Assembly: GCA_963782985.1 (NCBI GenBank)
Contig: CAWALU010000011.1
Location: 97,747 to 161,746 of the forward strand
Direction of reading: 5' to 3'
Length of the DNA: 64,000 bases
Source of the DNA: an uncultured Bacteroidota bacterium
GTDB taxonomy: Bacteria; Bacteroidota; Ignavibacteria; Ignavibacteriales; Ignavibacteriaceae
Shown piece by piece: positions 62,976 to 64,000 of the stretch. Numbering within the stretch: the first letter of the stretch is position 1; each line of letters opens with the position of its first letter. The position numbers were made by a program, and so were the translations under genes. A model generated the notes under the pieces. The model had not been told where the DNA came from. It saw only the letters and a list, made by a program, of their open reading frames with translations, and searched no databases.

Positions 62976-64000
62976 ATGATAATAGGAATACCAAAAGAAA
63001 ATCTTAATGAAGAATTAAGAATTGCATTAGCTCCCGCCGGCGTGGACTCGCTTGTGAGAGTCGGGCATACTGTTTATTTGCAAAGCGGCGCCGGCGCAGG
63101 CAGCCACTTTAGCGATCAGGATTATATTAAAACCGGAGCCACAATTGTTTACAGCGCTGAAGAAGTGTACCGACGCGCTGAATTAATTGTAAAGGTAACT
63201 CCCATTAAGGAATCAGAAGCGGATTTGATGATGGAAAATCAGATTTTATTTTCTTCGCTTCACCTCGCCGTAGGTAAAAAAGATACGATTGTAAAACTTC
63301 TGCAAAAGAAAATTACCGCTGTTGGTTATGAACTTATTGAAAAAAGCGAACAGCTTCCCATTCTTCATTCGATGAGTGAAATTGCCGGTGCGCTTTCAAT
63401 TCAAATTGCGGAAAGATTTTTAGAAAGTTATAGAGTTGGCGGAAGAGGTATTTTACTCGGTGGAATCCCAGGCGTAGCGCCTGCCGCCGTTGTAATTTTA
63501 GGCGCCGGCGTTGTGGGAACCGCGGCTACCCGCGCGGCAATCGGAAGAGGCGCGCAGGTAATTGTAATTGATAAAGATGTAAATAGATTAAGAAAAATTG
63601 ATTCCTTATTCAGCAAAAGAGTTACTACGGTTATGGCTAATCCGTACACAGTTTCCCGCGGAGCTAAATTTGCCGATGTTTTGATTGGAGCAGTTTTAAT
63701 TAAAGGTGAAAAAACTCCTAATCTTGTTACCGAAGATATGGTTAAAGAAATGAAAAAAGGTTCCGTTATTATCGATGTTTCAATTGATCAGGGCGGCTGC
63801 ATTGAAACCAGCAGGGTTACAACTCTTGCAGATCCTATTTTTAAAGTTCACGACGTTATTCATTATTGCGTTCCAAATATGCCGGCGCTTGTTTCAAGAA
63901 CTGCAAGTTACGGTTTGAACAACGCCGCTCTGCCTTATATTCAAAACATTGCCGATAACGGTTTGGTTAATGCGCTGATGGGAGATTCGGGATTTGCAAA
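62976..64000 (+). CDS. ald: Alanine dehydrogenase (AlaDH/PNT family), 3' end outside window
   Basis: Not in the ORF track because there is no stop in the window. Hand translation gives 'MIIGIPKENLNEELRIALAPAGVDSLVRVGHTVYLQSGAGAGSHFSD...GGRGILLGGIPGVAPAAVVILGAGVVGTAATRAAIGRGAQVIVIDKD...IDVSIDQGGCIETS'. Confidence 0.85.
   Translation, partial: MIIGIPKENLNEELRIALAPAGVDSLVRVGHTVYLQSGAGAGSHFSDQDYIKTGATIVYSAEEVYRRAELIVKVTPIKESEADLMMENQILFSSLHLAVGKKDTIVKLLQKKITAVGYELIEKSEQLPILHSMSEIAGALSIQIAERFLESYRVGGRGILLGGIPGVAPAAVVILGAGVVGTAATRAAIGRGAQVIVIDKDVNRLRKIDSLFSKRVTTVMANPYTVSRGAKFADVLIGAVLIKGEKTPNLVTEDMVKEMKKGSVIIDVSIDQGGCIETSRVTTLADPIFKVHDVIHYCVPNMPALVSRTASYGLNNAALPYIQNIADNGLVNALMGDSGFA

Overview
This is an AT-rich chromosomal segment that looks like an Ignavibacteria or other Bacteroidetes/Chlorobi (FCB-group) genome. 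That placement is an inference from several proteins ending in T9SS-type C-terminal sorting domains, a bS22-like microprotein and the gene order. Left to right the window holds: the tail of an exopolysaccharide cluster (sugar transferase, CapD-like dehydratase, Wzi-like outer-membrane protein); a 1907-aa gingipain (C25)-type T9SS protein; glmS; a cDPG-synthetase-like P-loop protein; and tRNA-Phe. A short accessory-looking patch follows, with a duplicated tRNA 3' end, a hipB/hipA remnant, a 29-aa-repeat T9SS protein, palindromic REP-like elements and an IMPDH/GMPR-family gene. Next come an S9 peptidase, HU/IHF, tRNA-Thr, and a complete, translationally coupled dcw cluster: mraZ-rsmH-ftsL-ftsI-murE-murF-mraY-murD-ftsW-murG-(unknown ORF)-murC-ftsQ-ftsA-ftsZ (21.7-38.2 kb). 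The right half carries yajQ, a GT2-GtrA plus GT-C glycosylation pair, a three-gene envelope operon of unknown function, pirin and an unusual tRNA-Pro locus. After that come pyrR-pyrB-pyrC and a T9SS cargo gene riddled with frameshifts, an FN3 lipoprotein, and a tightly packed string of DUF4783-like protein, 1278-aa histidine kinase, UvrD/PD-(D/E)XK helicase-nuclease and a PNPOx-like protein. The window ends with a SpmA/B-like membrane protein, a 2-hydroxyacid dehydrogenase and a 3'-partial alanine dehydrogenase. I saw no rRNA, CRISPR array, transposase or integrase. The most interesting signal is the tRNA-Pro locus at 45.4-46.0 kb. There, a small GIY-YIG nuclease gene plus an intact tRNA-Pro(CGG) split a second tRNA-Pro-like gene whose anticodon arm is a perfect palindrome, with tandem 77-bp truncated tRNA units downstream. 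A caveat applies throughout: several genes carry frameshifts, many of them at homopolymer runs, and these are very dense between 46.75 and 49.33 kb. Sequence-quality problems are therefore a live alternative to real pseudogenisation.
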